A stretch of 64,000 nucleotides of DNA from Desulfuromonadales bacterium (GCA_029210745.1 JARGFI010000006.1:6509-70508), one strand, 5' to 3'; counted from the stretch's first letter, positions 8,465 to 17,121 are shown. Translations and numbers: made by a program. The notes: generated by a model not told the origin, from the sequence alone.

Positions 8465-8647
8465 ATGGACACAGAGATGCAGCAACTCGCGGTAGAAATC
8501 GGCAATCAGATCGCCGCACGGATCGGCGACCAGCTCAGTGTATTTTACGAGGCAATGATGCCCAGGCTTGACTCCCTCATTGAGGGGCAACAAACACTTG
8601 CGAATAAGTCTGATCGGACGCTGACAGGATCGTTGCTTCGGGATTGA
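8465..8647 (+). CDS. Hypothetical 60-aa helical protein
   Basis: An ATG preceded by GGGAGGG at good spacing. It lies between the FGE-fold and caspase genes on the same strand. I recognise no family. Confidence 0.35.
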   Translation: MDTEMQQLAVEIGNQIAARIGDQLSVFYEAMMPRLDSLIEGQQTLANKSDRTLTGSLLRD

Positions 8648-8682
8648 GTTCAGACCCCGATTATTCAGAGGGAGGCGAATGT

Positions 8683-10488
8683 ATGAATAAGTTAGCCATC
8701 GTATTGCTCTTGACCGCCTTCGCCATCCCGGCGCTGGCCGCCGACACCTGCGACCTCGCCGCGACGCTGGCCGAAAAAGGGGCGAAAACCTTTGCGACCA
8801 ACAAGGCCGAAGGGTTGAAGTTGCTGATCAAGGCGAAGGAACTCTGCTCCTCTGATCCCGCTTACAGTTACAACCTCGGTGTGGCCTACTACCACTACGG
8901 GCGCGGGGCGGATGCGTTGCCGTTGCTGGAAGCGGCGGTGGCCAAAAATGGCAGCAAGGCGACCTGGCTGAACAATCTGGCGGTGGTGCGACTGGAGCAG
9001 GGCTTGCCCGCTGACGGGGTGCGTACGCTGGCGGAGAAAGCGGCCAAGCTGGACTCCGCTGACCCCGCGATCAAGGAAACGCTGGCGCAGGCGCGTTTTG
9101 CTGACGGTCGCTTGGTTGAGGCGTTGCAAGGGTTGGCAAAAGAAACGGAGAGTACGCTGGTTAAAACCCGCGCTGCACTCCTTGATCGCTATCTTGCGGC
9201 ACAGTTGCAAACATTGCAGCACGGGGAAGAAAAACCGGCACTGAGCGCGTTGCAGCAGGTGGCTTTCTTGCCGGACGGTGCCCGCACCCATGCCCTGGTG
9301 CTGGCGCGGCTCGGTCGCGGCGAAGAAGCACTGCAGGCGATCGGTGCGGCGCAAAAGAACTTCCCTCGTGACCGCTCGATTGATGATGCGGCGGACGAGG
9401 TGGGCGAGCAGGTCGCGGCCGCGCTGTACCGCGATTATCAGAGCGGCAAAGCCGCGCAGGCGGTGCAGGATGTCAAGCAGCTGGCGGAAACCTATCCACA
9501 GGTGGCGGCGCTGAAAACCGCTTACGACAACATGCTGAGCGCGTTTCTCGCCGATGCGACCACCATCGCGGTTCCCGAGGCGGGCAAACGGCGCGTACAA
9601 GCGGCTCCTTCCGGTTCGTCCGCCGCGCTCCTTGCCGGGATCGGCGGGGTAGCTCCGACCGGCGGTGCGGTGAACTTGCGCGTTGATGTGGACGAGAATA
9701 TTCCGACCGGCAAGCAAGCCGGACGCGACGATGTGGCGGTGGTGATCGGCAATCGCAGCTACGGCGTGGCGGGTACGCCGAATGTTGATTACGCCCTGCG
9801 TGACGCGGCGGTGATGCGCGAGTATCTGGTCAAGACCCTTGGTTTTGACGCGAAGAATATCCTCTATGTCGAGAATGCCACCTATGCCGGTTTCGCCCAG
9901 TTGTTCGGGCGCGAGGGGGATCATCGCGGCAAGTTGAACAACTATGTGGTGCCGGGCAAATCGGACGTTTTTGTCTATTATGTCGGCCATGGCGCGCCTG
10001 ACCCCGAGAGCGGCGACGCCTACTTTGTGCCGGTCGATGCCGACCCGCAGTACCTGCGCACCGGCGGGTATCGTTTGCAGACCTTTTACGACAATCTGGC
10101 CAAACTCCCGGCCAAATCGATCACCGTGGTGCTTGATTCCTGCTTTTCCGGCAACTCGGCGGGCGGGCTCCTTTTCAAGGGGGTCAGCTCCATCAGCCTG
10201 CGCGCCAAAACGGTGGTGGCTCCGGCCCGCTTGACGGTTTTCGCCAGCTCACGCGATGATCAGATGTCCAACTGGTATGACGAGAAACGCCACAGCCTCT
10301 TTACCTATTATTTCCTCAAGGGGCTCGGCGGCGAGGCCGATGGCGACAATAACCGCCAGGTGACGGTGGCGGAGCTGGCGACCTACCTTGATGCCGAAGT
10401 GCCACGCATGGCCCGGCGCCTCAAGGGGGCAGCGCAGGCCCCGCAGATTTCCGGCGACCGCAGCGCAGTGCTGGCCGATTTGCGGTAG
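8683..10488 (+). CDS. Exported TPR-repeat protein with a C-terminal caspase (peptidase C14) domain
   Basis: Signal peptide MNKLAIVLLLTAFAIPALA|A, with a GGGAGG SD before this ATG. About 330 aa of TPR-like helices follow. The C14 domain has an intact dyad (VFVYYVGHGAP ... VVLDSCFSGNS). Confidence 0.9.
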   Translation: MNKLAIVLLLTAFAIPALAADTCDLAATLAEKGAKTFATNKAEGLKLLIKAKELCSSDPAYSYNLGVAYYHYGRGADALPLLEAAVAKNGSKATWLNNLAVVRLEQGLPADGVRTLAEKAAKLDSADPAIKETLAQARFADGRLVEALQGLAKETESTLVKTRAALLDRYLAAQLQTLQHGEEKPALSALQQVAFLPDGARTHALVLARLGRGEEALQAIGAAQKNFPRDRSIDDAADEVGEQVAAALYRDYQSGKAAQAVQDVKQLAETYPQVAALKTAYDNMLSAFLADATTIAVPEAGKRRVQAAPSGSSAALLAGIGGVAPTGGAVNLRVDVDENIPTGKQAGRDDVAVVIGNRSYGVAGTPNVDYALRDAAVMREYLVKTLGFDAKNILYVENATYAGFAQLFGREGDHRGKLNNYVVPGKSDVFVYYVGHGAPDPESGDAYFVPVDADPQYLRTGGYRLQTFYDNLAKLPAKSITVVLDSCFSGNSAGGLLFKGVSSISLRAKTVVAPARLTVFASSRDDQMSNWYDEKRHSLFTYYFLKGLGGEADGDNNRQVTVAELATYLDAEVPRMARRLKGAAQAPQISGDRSAVLADLR

Positions 10489-10563
10489 CTTTTTATTTAC
10501 AGGTGTAAAGGGGGAGACCCTGAAAGATAAAGGCGTTTTGGGTTAGATTTTAAATCCGCCTTT

Positions 10564-10805
10564 TCAGCGTTAATCAGCGTCCAAAGATCAAAGGCTGTTA
10601 GGACGCTGATTTTCATGATGAACGCTGATCAAGACTAAAGTAAAACCAATTGTAACTGTTCAGCTCTTATGTAGGAGCGGCTTTAGCCGCGAACCATCAC
10701 GCCTGAAGCCGCTCCTACAGTGTCATTCCGGCATGATTTTAGCCGGAATCCAGATTTTTCAGGGTTGAAAGTCTGGATCCCCGACAGGATCACTCGGGGA
10801 TGACG
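10564..10805. repeat. Cluster of three palindromic REP-like units
   Basis: 10564..10628 is an inverted pair of TCAGCGTTnATC..AGCGTCC units. 10670..10719 is a perfect 14-bp stem (TGTAGGAGCGGCTT / AAGCCGCTCCTACA). 10720..10805 is an inverted pair (GTCATTCCGGC..GCCGGAATCCAG / CTGGATCCCCGA..TCGGGGATGAC). Confidence 0.7.
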
Positions 10806-10903
10806 ACCCTTGAACGGGTAGGTGAATAGTTACAACCAATTCATTAGTTTTTTGTTCCGCAAAATAATGACGATTGGTGACATAGAAGAGGTGCTTTGCA
10901 GAT

Positions 10904-11878
10904 ATGACATCCCCGCATAAAACCGGCCTGGTCCTGCTCAACATGGGCGGCCCCGACTCGCTGGAGGCGGTCGAACCGTTTCTCTACAATCTTTTTTCCG
11001 ACCGCGAACTGATTCAGTTGCCCGCCGGGGCGCTGTTGCAGAAGCCGTTTGCGAAACTCATTTCCCATTTTCGCGCCAAAAAAGTCCGCTGGAACTATCA
11101 GGCGATCGGCGGCAAGTCACCGTTGCTGGAATGGACGACCAGGCAGGCGGTCGGCACTGCTGAGTTGTTGGGTGAAGACTGGAAACCGTATGTCGTGATG
11201 CGCTACTGGCAGCCGCGGGCCGCAGAGGTGTTGCGGCAGATGGTGGCGGACGGCGTGGAAGAGGCGGTGGTGGTGTCGATGTATCCCCATTACACCGGGG
11301 CAACGACCGGCAGCAGCGTGAACGATTTTCGGGCGGCGGCACGGCGGATTCATCCGCAACTGAACTTCAGTGTGATTGAAGAATGGCACGACTGGCCCGC
11401 TTATCTCGATGCGCTGGCAGAACAGATTCGCCTCGGGCTGGAGCAGTTTCATGAGCTGCGTCGCGATGAGGTGCCGATCCTTTTTTCCGCCCACGCCCTG
11501 CCACAGAAATTCATCGATCGTGGCGACCCCTATCTGGAGCATGTGCTGGCGACCGCGCGCGGCACCATGGACCGGGTCGGCGGACATCCCTGGCACATCG
11601 GTTTTCAAAGTCGCAGCGGCCCGGTCAAATGGATGGAACCGGGGACCCTCGACGTGATCGACCGACTCGCCGCCGAGGGGCATAAAGCGCTGCTCATCGT
11701 GCCGATTTCGTTTGTTTCCGACCATATTGAAACGTTGCAGGAAATCGATATGGAGTTTGTCGAACATGCGTACAAGGCGGGGATCGTGCAGCTCAAGCGT
11801 GCCCCGTCACTCAACGCTACCCCGGTTTTTCTGAACGCCATGGCGACACTGGTGCAACATCATCTGGGGTTGCGATGA
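10904..11878 (+). CDS. hemH: Ferrochelatase
   Basis: 324 aa with a typical N-terminus (GLVLLNMGGPDSLEAVEPFLYNLFSD) and C-terminal region (LIVPISFVSDHIETLQEID). Confidence 0.95.
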   Translation: MTSPHKTGLVLLNMGGPDSLEAVEPFLYNLFSDRELIQLPAGALLQKPFAKLISHFRAKKVRWNYQAIGGKSPLLEWTTRQAVGTAELLGEDWKPYVVMRYWQPRAAEVLRQMVADGVEEAVVVSMYPHYTGATTGSSVNDFRAAARRIHPQLNFSVIEEWHDWPAYLDALAEQIRLGLEQFHELRRDEVPILFSAHALPQKFIDRGDPYLEHVLATARGTMDRVGGHPWHIGFQSRSGPVKWMEPGTLDVIDRLAAEGHKALLIVPISFVSDHIETLQEIDMEFVEHAYKAGIVQLKRAPSLNATPVFLNAMATLVQHHLGLR

Positions 11879-12054
11879 AAACCTGTTCGTTGTGTCAGGC
11901 AAGGTTTGATCCGGCGGTGCGCACCGCCGATCCGGCAACCGAGGCGGGGCTGTTTCTGGCGCGGGAGCTTTATGATGATGCGGATGACGTGTGCCCTCGT
12001 TGTCTGGCCAATCGAGGGACTCTGGGGATGATGTATTGTCGCGAATTTGACTGA
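11875..12054 (+). CDS. 59-aa zinc-ribbon-like protein translationally coupled to hemH (below the track cut-off)
   Basis: An ATGA overlap with the hemH stop. The translation is MKTCSLCQARFDPAVRTADPATEAGLFLARELYDDADDVCPRCLANRGTLGMMYCREFD, with CxxC ... CxxC. The stop is at 12052..12054. Confidence 0.45.
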   Translation: MKTCSLCQARFDPAVRTADPATEAGLFLARELYDDADDVCPRCLANRGTLGMMYCREFD

Positions 12055-12058
12055 TTCT

Positions 12059-12952
12059 CTACAACCCGCTGTCGCGCAACTTCGTCAACAGTTCCTGCTG
12101 CCCATCGGTCAACTCTTTCGGGACCGCAATTCTGATCACCGCGTAAAGATCCCCTTTCGTTTTTTTCTGCACACCAAACCCCTTGAGCCGAATTTTGCCG
12201 CCGGTCTGCATCCCCGCCGGGATTTTGACCCGTTTGTGGCCGTCGAGTGTTGGTACGTCAATCGTGGTGCCGAGGCAGGCGCCGCTGAACGGCACCAGCA
12301 CGGTGACGTTCAGGTCGTTGCCGTCGCGGCTAAAGAGCGGATCGGGATCGATACCGATTTCCAGAAAAAGATTGCCCGGTGTGCCGCCGCCCGGAGCCGG
12401 AGCGCCTTTGCCGGAAACGCGCAGTTTCTGCCCCGGCTCAAGCCCCGCCGGGATGCGCACGTTGAGCTGTTCGCTGCCGTGGTCGGTACGAAAATCAATT
12501 CGCCGTTCGCCACCGGTGACCGCCAGCCGGAAGGGGATGGTGATACGCATTGAATAGTCCTGCCCTCTAACCGGGCGGTGCCCGCGTCCTCCGCCGTGAC
12601 GCCGACCGCCGCCTAAGAACTGGCTGAAGATATCCTCACCGCCAAATCCACCACCATTGCCGAAGCCGAATTCCCGAAAAATATCGCCGAGATCGGCGTT
12701 GCGGAAGATATCTTCCTGGCTGAAGCGCTGATGAAAATCGGTGTCGCCGAACTGATCGTACTGCTGGCGTTTCTGGGTGTCGGAGAGCACCGCGTAGGCC
12801 TCGGTGATTTCCTTGAAACGCTCTTCAGCGGCCTCGTCGCCGGGGTTTTTGTCGGGATGATATTTCAGTGCCAGTTTGCGGTAGGCTTTTTTGATCTCTT
12901 TGTCGTCGGCGGTTTTGCTGACGCCGAGGGTTGCGTAATAATCTTTGGCCAT
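12059..12952 (-). CDS. cbpA: DnaJ-class co-chaperone without zinc finger (CbpA-like)
   Basis: J domain with HPD ([32 protein letters not shown]), a G/F-rich linker and DnaJ C-terminal domains. There are no CxxCxGxG repeats. Confidence 0.88.
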   Translation of the reverse strand: MAKDYYATLGVSKTADDKEIKKAYRKLALKYHPDKNPGDEAAEERFKEITEAYAVLSDTQKRQQYDQFGDTDFHQRFSQEDIFRNADLGDIFREFGFGNGGGFGGEDIFSQFLGGGRRHGGGRGHRPVRGQDYSMRITIPFRLAVTGGERRIDFRTDHGSEQLNVRIPAGLEPGQKLRVSGKGAPAPGGGTPGNLFLEIGIDPDPLFSRDGNDLNVTVLVPFSGACLGTTIDVPTLDGHKRVKIPAGMQTGGKIRLKGFGVQKKTKGDLYAVIRIAVPKELTDGQQELLTKLRDSGL

Positions 12953-12988
12953 AGGTCAGTGCCTCGCAGCTTTTGGTAAGTTGTCGGT

Positions 12989-13017
12989 AATATAGCCATT
13001 AACGCACCGCTCCGCAA
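12989..13017 (-). promoter_or_regulatory. Candidate sigma-70 promoter for cbpA
   Basis: The minus strand reads TTGCGG-17 nt-TATATT, about 40 nt upstream of the cbpA ATG. Confidence 0.3.
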
Positions 13018-13059
13018 GGACGGCGGGGAAAATGAATTTTGCGTGAAAAACAGTGGAGG

Positions 13060-13911
13060 TTAGCGGGCCTTGATCTCCCCCGTACCCGGAGGTTCTTCAA
13101 AACTGATCCGTCCCAGCTTGCCGCCGCGCATCTCGTGCAACAACAGCTCTGCGGCGCGAACCGGATCAACCTCGCCCCCGCTGATCAAGCAGCCGCGCCG
13201 TCGGCCGATGGCTTCAAGCAGTTCGTCCCCGGCGAGCGGCAGTGCTGTCAATTTGTAGCGTTCCTGAAGCCGCTGCGGATAGCGGGAGCAGAGAAACTCG
13301 GCACTGAAGCGTGCCACCTCGATCGTATCCAGGGCGTTGTCGCCGATGGCGCCGCTGGCGGCGAGACACTGACTGCCGTGGTGGTCTTGCAGGTTCGGCC
13401 AGAGCAGCCCCGGACTGTCGAAGAGGCGGATACCGTTGCGCAGGTCGACTTGCTGCGGGCAGGTAGTGATCGCCGGTTTGTCGCCGACGCGGGCAATTTT
13501 TCGACCGATCAGGGTGTTGATCAGGGTCGATTTGCCGACATTTGGAATGCCGACGACCAGAGCCCGGATATCCCGCCCTTTACTGCCACGTTTCGGTACC
13601 AGTTTGCGACAGAGTTTTTGAATCCGATCCACTTCGCCGCGCTGTTTTGCCTCGATCGGCAGGGCACGTACTCCCTGCTGTTGTTCAAAACAGGTTACCC
13701 AGGCGGCAGTCGTCTGCGGATCAGCCAGGTCACTCTTGTTCAGCAGCTTGATGCATGGGCGCTGGCCGCGCAACTCCTGCAACAGCGGATTGGAGCTTGC
13801 CTGTGGCAGGCGGGCATCGAGAACTTCAATCACCACATCGACCTTCGGCATCATGTCGAGCAGCTCACGCTGCGATTTACGCATATGTCCGGGGAACCAG
13901 TTGATCTTCAT
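13060..13911 (-). CDS. rbgA: Ribosome biogenesis GTPase A (YlqF/RbgA)
   Basis: N-terminus MKINWFPGHMRKSQRELLDMMPKVDVVIEVLDARLP and circularly permuted GTPase motifs (LLNKSDL ... GIPNVGKSTLIN). Confidence 0.9.
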   Translation of the reverse strand: MKINWFPGHMRKSQRELLDMMPKVDVVIEVLDARLPQASSNPLLQELRGQRPCIKLLNKSDLADPQTTAAWVTCFEQQQGVRALPIEAKQRGEVDRIQKLCRKLVPKRGSKGRDIRALVVGIPNVGKSTLINTLIGRKIARVGDKPAITTCPQQVDLRNGIRLFDSPGLLWPNLQDHHGSQCLAASGAIGDNALDTIEVARFSAEFLCSRYPQRLQERYKLTALPLAGDELLEAIGRRRGCLISGGEVDPVRAAELLLHEMRGGKLGRISFEEPPGTGEIKAR

Positions 13912-13969
13912 CTGTTCATTATCCTCTCTGGTGGTCGGACTCTACACCATAAATTGCGGGGGGACAAGG

Positions 13970-15355
13970 TCAGTCGTCTTTGGTGATGCGGCGGTGGCGG
14001 GTGACCGAACAAAATATCCCCGCCAGGCAAAGAAGGCTGAAGGCGACCAGCGCGACGCGCATGCTGAAGAGAAAGGCCGGGGCGGTATTCGGGGTGACTG
14101 CGTGACCACCCATCAGGATCGAAAAAATGATCGTAATGATCGTCATGCTGGTCATCATTCCCAGGGTGCGCATGGTCGCGGCCATTCCCGAGGCGACGCC
14201 GAGATAGCGCGGTGCGACGCTCCCCATGATGACACTCATGTTGGGGGAGGAAAAGAGGGCAAACCCGGTGCCGAGCAGGAGCAGGATGAGGACGATACCA
14301 AAGAGCGAGGTGGTCGCGGAGATGGTCGCGGCGACAGCCAGCCCGCCCGCACACAAAGCCATGCCGGCGGTCGCGACACGTTCTGCCGGCCAGCGGTCGG
14401 CCAGTCGCCCGCACAGTGGTGAAAGCAGGGTCTGGGCCACCGGCTGAATAATCAGGATCAGCCCCGCCGTGCGTGGCGACAGCCCTTTGACATATTGCAG
14501 GTAGAGGCTGAGAAAAAAAGTGACGCCAAAGGTCGCGGCATAGTTGAGCAATGCGGCCAGATTGCTCAGGGCAAAGGAGCGGTTGTCGCGCAGCAGGGCG
14601 ATATTCAACAGGGGGAATGCGGTGCGCGCTTCGACCGCGATGAAGGTCCCCACTCCCGCCACTCCCGCTGCGGCCAACCCCCAAGCCCAGAGGCCGCGCT
14701 CCAGTTGTGACGCGCCGCTGATCAGCAGCAAAATTGCCGTGGCGTAGATCAGCGCGCCGCGCCAGTCGAACGGTTCACCGGCGGCGTCGGCCCATTCACC
14801 GCGCAATTTTAACAGCAGGGTCACAAATACGATCAGCCCGAGCGGGACACTCAGATAGAAAATTGAGCGCCAACCGAAGGTCATGGTCAGGCTGCCGCCG
14901 ATAAAAGGCCCGCACGAGAGCCCGGCATAGACGCTGGCCACGGCGATGCCGAGTGCACGTCCACGTTCCTCGGCCGGAAAGACCGATACCAGAATCGCGG
15001 TGCTGGTCGCCATGATCATCGCCCCCCCCATCCCCTGGAGCAGCCGAAAGGCGATCAGTGCTTCTACCGACCAGGCCTGCGACAGTAATCCGCAGGAAAA
15101 AGTAAAGAGCAAAATGCCGTATTTGAAGACCCGGCGCCGACCGTGAATATCACCCAGACGCCCCATCGCCAGCAGGAAAATCGACGCCGCAAGAACATAG
15201 CTGGTTTCGATCAACCCCAGTTGTTTGGCGCTGGCGGCAAATTCCCGCCCGATTGTCGGCAGGGCGATGCCGACCGCAGACATCATGAACGGCATGAGAA
15301 AGAAGGCCACGCAAACGGCGAAAAGAGTGGCGGATTGTGAAATTTTGTTATCCAT
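13970..15355 (-). CDS. MFS transporter, 14-TM DHA2/EmrB-like drug:H+ antiporter
   Basis: Multi-TM profile with MFS motif-A-like LGDIHGRRRVF. The start is uncertain, since alternative in-frame starts at 15409 and 15424 also lack an SD. 15355 gives a typical short N-terminus before TM1. Confidence 0.88.
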   Translation of the reverse strand: MDNKISQSATLFAVCVAFFLMPFMMSAVGIALPTIGREFAASAKQLGLIETSYVLAASIFLLAMGRLGDIHGRRRVFKYGILLFTFSCGLLSQAWSVEALIAFRLLQGMGGAMIMATSTAILVSVFPAEERGRALGIAVASVYAGLSCGPFIGGSLTMTFGWRSIFYLSVPLGLIVFVTLLLKLRGEWADAAGEPFDWRGALIYATAILLLISGASQLERGLWAWGLAAAGVAGVGTFIAVEARTAFPLLNIALLRDNRSFALSNLAALLNYAATFGVTFFLSLYLQYVKGLSPRTAGLILIIQPVAQTLLSPLCGRLADRWPAERVATAGMALCAGGLAVAATISATTSLFGIVLILLLLGTGFALFSSPNMSVIMGSVAPRYLGVASGMAATMRTLGMMTSMTIITIIFSILMGGHAVTPNTAPAFLFSMRVALVAFSLLCLAGIFCSVTRHRRITKDD

Positions 15356-15587
15356 AGAGTTGAGTGCTACCCATTTATGAAAACGTTGACGTCGGAAATT
15401 TGTCTGCATTATTGTATAGCGCATGCGGAAAAATATGGCCAGACCTTAGCGGGATTCCCACCTGAAGATTCACCTAAAGACTTCCCCTGCCGCTGGCTAC
15501 GTGCTATAAAAACCTTTTCAGCAGCAATTTATTTGCTCCTTGTTTCTCCCCTGTCAGGCGCACGCCGCGCCGAAGGAAGATCGTAGA

Positions 15588-16901
15588 ATGGCAACGCAAC
15601 TTGGTGATTATCTTCTGCAAAAAGGCTTTATTACCAACGAAGATCTGGAGGAAGCGCTTCAATATCAGGTGATTTACGGTGGGAAGCTCGGGACCAACCT
15701 GCTGGAGATGGGGCTGATCGACGAAGAGGAATTGACCACGGCGCTGACGAAGGTGTTGGGGACCCCCGCTGTCGATCCGAAAGATTTGCAGAACATCTCC
15801 CCCGAGGTCCTCAAGCTGATCCCCGAGGCGACGGCCAGTGCGTTTCGCTGCCTGCCGGTCAAGGTGGAGGGGCGCAGACTCTTGCTGGTGATGGAGGACC
15901 CTAATAATCTGCAAGCAATCGACGAAATTTCCTTTAAAACCGGATTGATTGTCAAGCCGCTGATTACTCCTGAAGTCCGCTTTATTGCCGCGACGGAACG
16001 TTACTACAACATCAGTCGGCAATTGCGCTATGTCGATACCGGACACAGCTTTGTGCAGAAAAAACGGGTTCGCAATCGTAAAAAGGCGGAACCGGAACTC
16101 AAATCCGCGCCGCCGCCGCCGTCGGCCGCCGAGTTTGAAATTCCGCTGGCGGAGCATTCTCTGGATGAAAGTGTTCCTGAGGATTCTCCTGCAGTTGTCG
16201 TTGCTCCCGCTAAAGTCGCTCCGCTGGAGATTGATTTTGAAGATGCCGTTGCTATCGGGGCGGAACAGGAGGCCGGCGGTGCGGTTGCCACTCCTCCGGT
16301 TGCGGCTCCTCTTCGCCCCGCTGCCGACGCGGTTGAAGAGCCGGAGGAACTCGACGAGCTGGAGGAACTGGAAGAGTTGCAGGAGGAGAGCTTTCTTCCT
16401 GCGACGCTTGAAGAATATACTTTTGAAAAAGTCTCGGAATTACTGGCCATGGCCGAGGATCGGGAAGAAATTGCCGAGTTGATGATCGGCTATCTGGCGA
16501 ATCGCTACGACCGTTGTGCCCTCTTTTTGATCCGTGGCGGACAGGCCAATGGCTGGCGAGCGATGTTTGCCCGCGAAGAGGTTGCTGCGTTCACCGAGCT
16601 TGAAATTCCACTTGACGAGCCCTCGGTGCTGAAGACGGTCGCCGAAACGCGCAGTTTCTATCTTGGTCAGATCGGGCGTTCGCCGTTCAATTCGATGATC
16701 TTTCAGGCCCTTGGCGGCCAGTTGCCCGACTCCGCGCTGCTGGTGCCGCTGGTGATGATGGGGCGCGTGGTCAGTGTGGCCTACGTTGATTCGAAAGGGG
16801 TTGATCTGAGTCAACAGGTGGCTGATCTTCAGCAGATCACCAACAAGGCGTCGATGGCGTTTGAAATTCTGGTGCTGAAAAACAAAATCCGCATGATGTA
16901 A
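15588..16901 (+). CDS. MshEN/T2SSE_N-domain protein with acidic linker and C-terminal GAF-like domain (predicted c-di-GMP binder)
   Basis: The N-terminus carries two tandem 24-residue MshEN-type motifs 5 residues apart (QLGDYLLQKGFITNEDLEEALQYQ / KLGTNLLEMGLIDEEELTTALTKV). A T2SSE_N-like segment, an E/A/P-rich linker and a GAF-like C-terminus follow. Start taken at the ATG after GAAGGAAG. Confidence 0.8.
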   Translation: MATQLGDYLLQKGFITNEDLEEALQYQVIYGGKLGTNLLEMGLIDEEELTTALTKVLGTPAVDPKDLQNISPEVLKLIPEATASAFRCLPVKVEGRRLLLVMEDPNNLQAIDEISFKTGLIVKPLITPEVRFIAATERYYNISRQLRYVDTGHSFVQKKRVRNRKKAEPELKSAPPPPSAAEFEIPLAEHSLDESVPEDSPAVVVAPAKVAPLEIDFEDAVAIGAEQEAGGAVATPPVAAPLRPAADAVEEPEELDELEELEELQEESFLPATLEEYTFEKVSELLAMAEDREEIAELMIGYLANRYDRCALFLIRGGQANGWRAMFAREEVAAFTELEIPLDEPSVLKTVAETRSFYLGQIGRSPFNSMIFQALGGQLPDSALLVPLVMMGRVVSVAYVDSKGVDLSQQVADLQQITNKASMAFEILVLKNKIRMM

Positions 16902-16920
16902 CTTCCGGGACACCCTTTCG

Positions 16921-17121
16921 TTGAACTATCTGGTCCCTCTTTATCTTGCCTGCCCGACCGCGGCTGATCGATTGGGATCGTTGCTGGGGGATTATGTCAA
17001 GGGACCACTTGGTGGGCGTTATTCGCCCGAGATTACCGCCGGGATTGTGCGCCATCGGGGCGCGAATGACATGAAACCGGTTGGCGGAGGGGCTGCACGC
17101 ATGACACACATATTACACTGA
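16921..17121 (+). pseudogene. acpH: Relic of acyl carrier protein phosphodiesterase (acpH); only ~50 N-terminal codons are recognisable
   Basis: LNYLVPLYLA...LGSLLGDYVKG...YSPEITAGIVRHR parallels E. coli AcpH (recalled from memory) MNFLAHLHLA...SGNLLADFVRG...FPPDVVAGIHMHR. Both N-terminal His are replaced (P, Y), and similarity is lost after ~50 aa. A stop falls at 66 codons against ~190 aa expected. Confidence 0.55.

Noticed and set aside
5851-10805. Repeat clusters considered as a CRISPR array.
   Set aside because: The repeats belong to several unrelated palindromic families in mixed orientation. There is no regular repeat-spacer periodicity, and no cas genes are present.
16028-16450. A Ser/Ala-rich 140-aa minus-strand ORF.
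   Set aside because: It is the antisense reading of the GAG/GAA-rich acidic linker of the MshEN-GAF gene. It is a low-complexity artefact.
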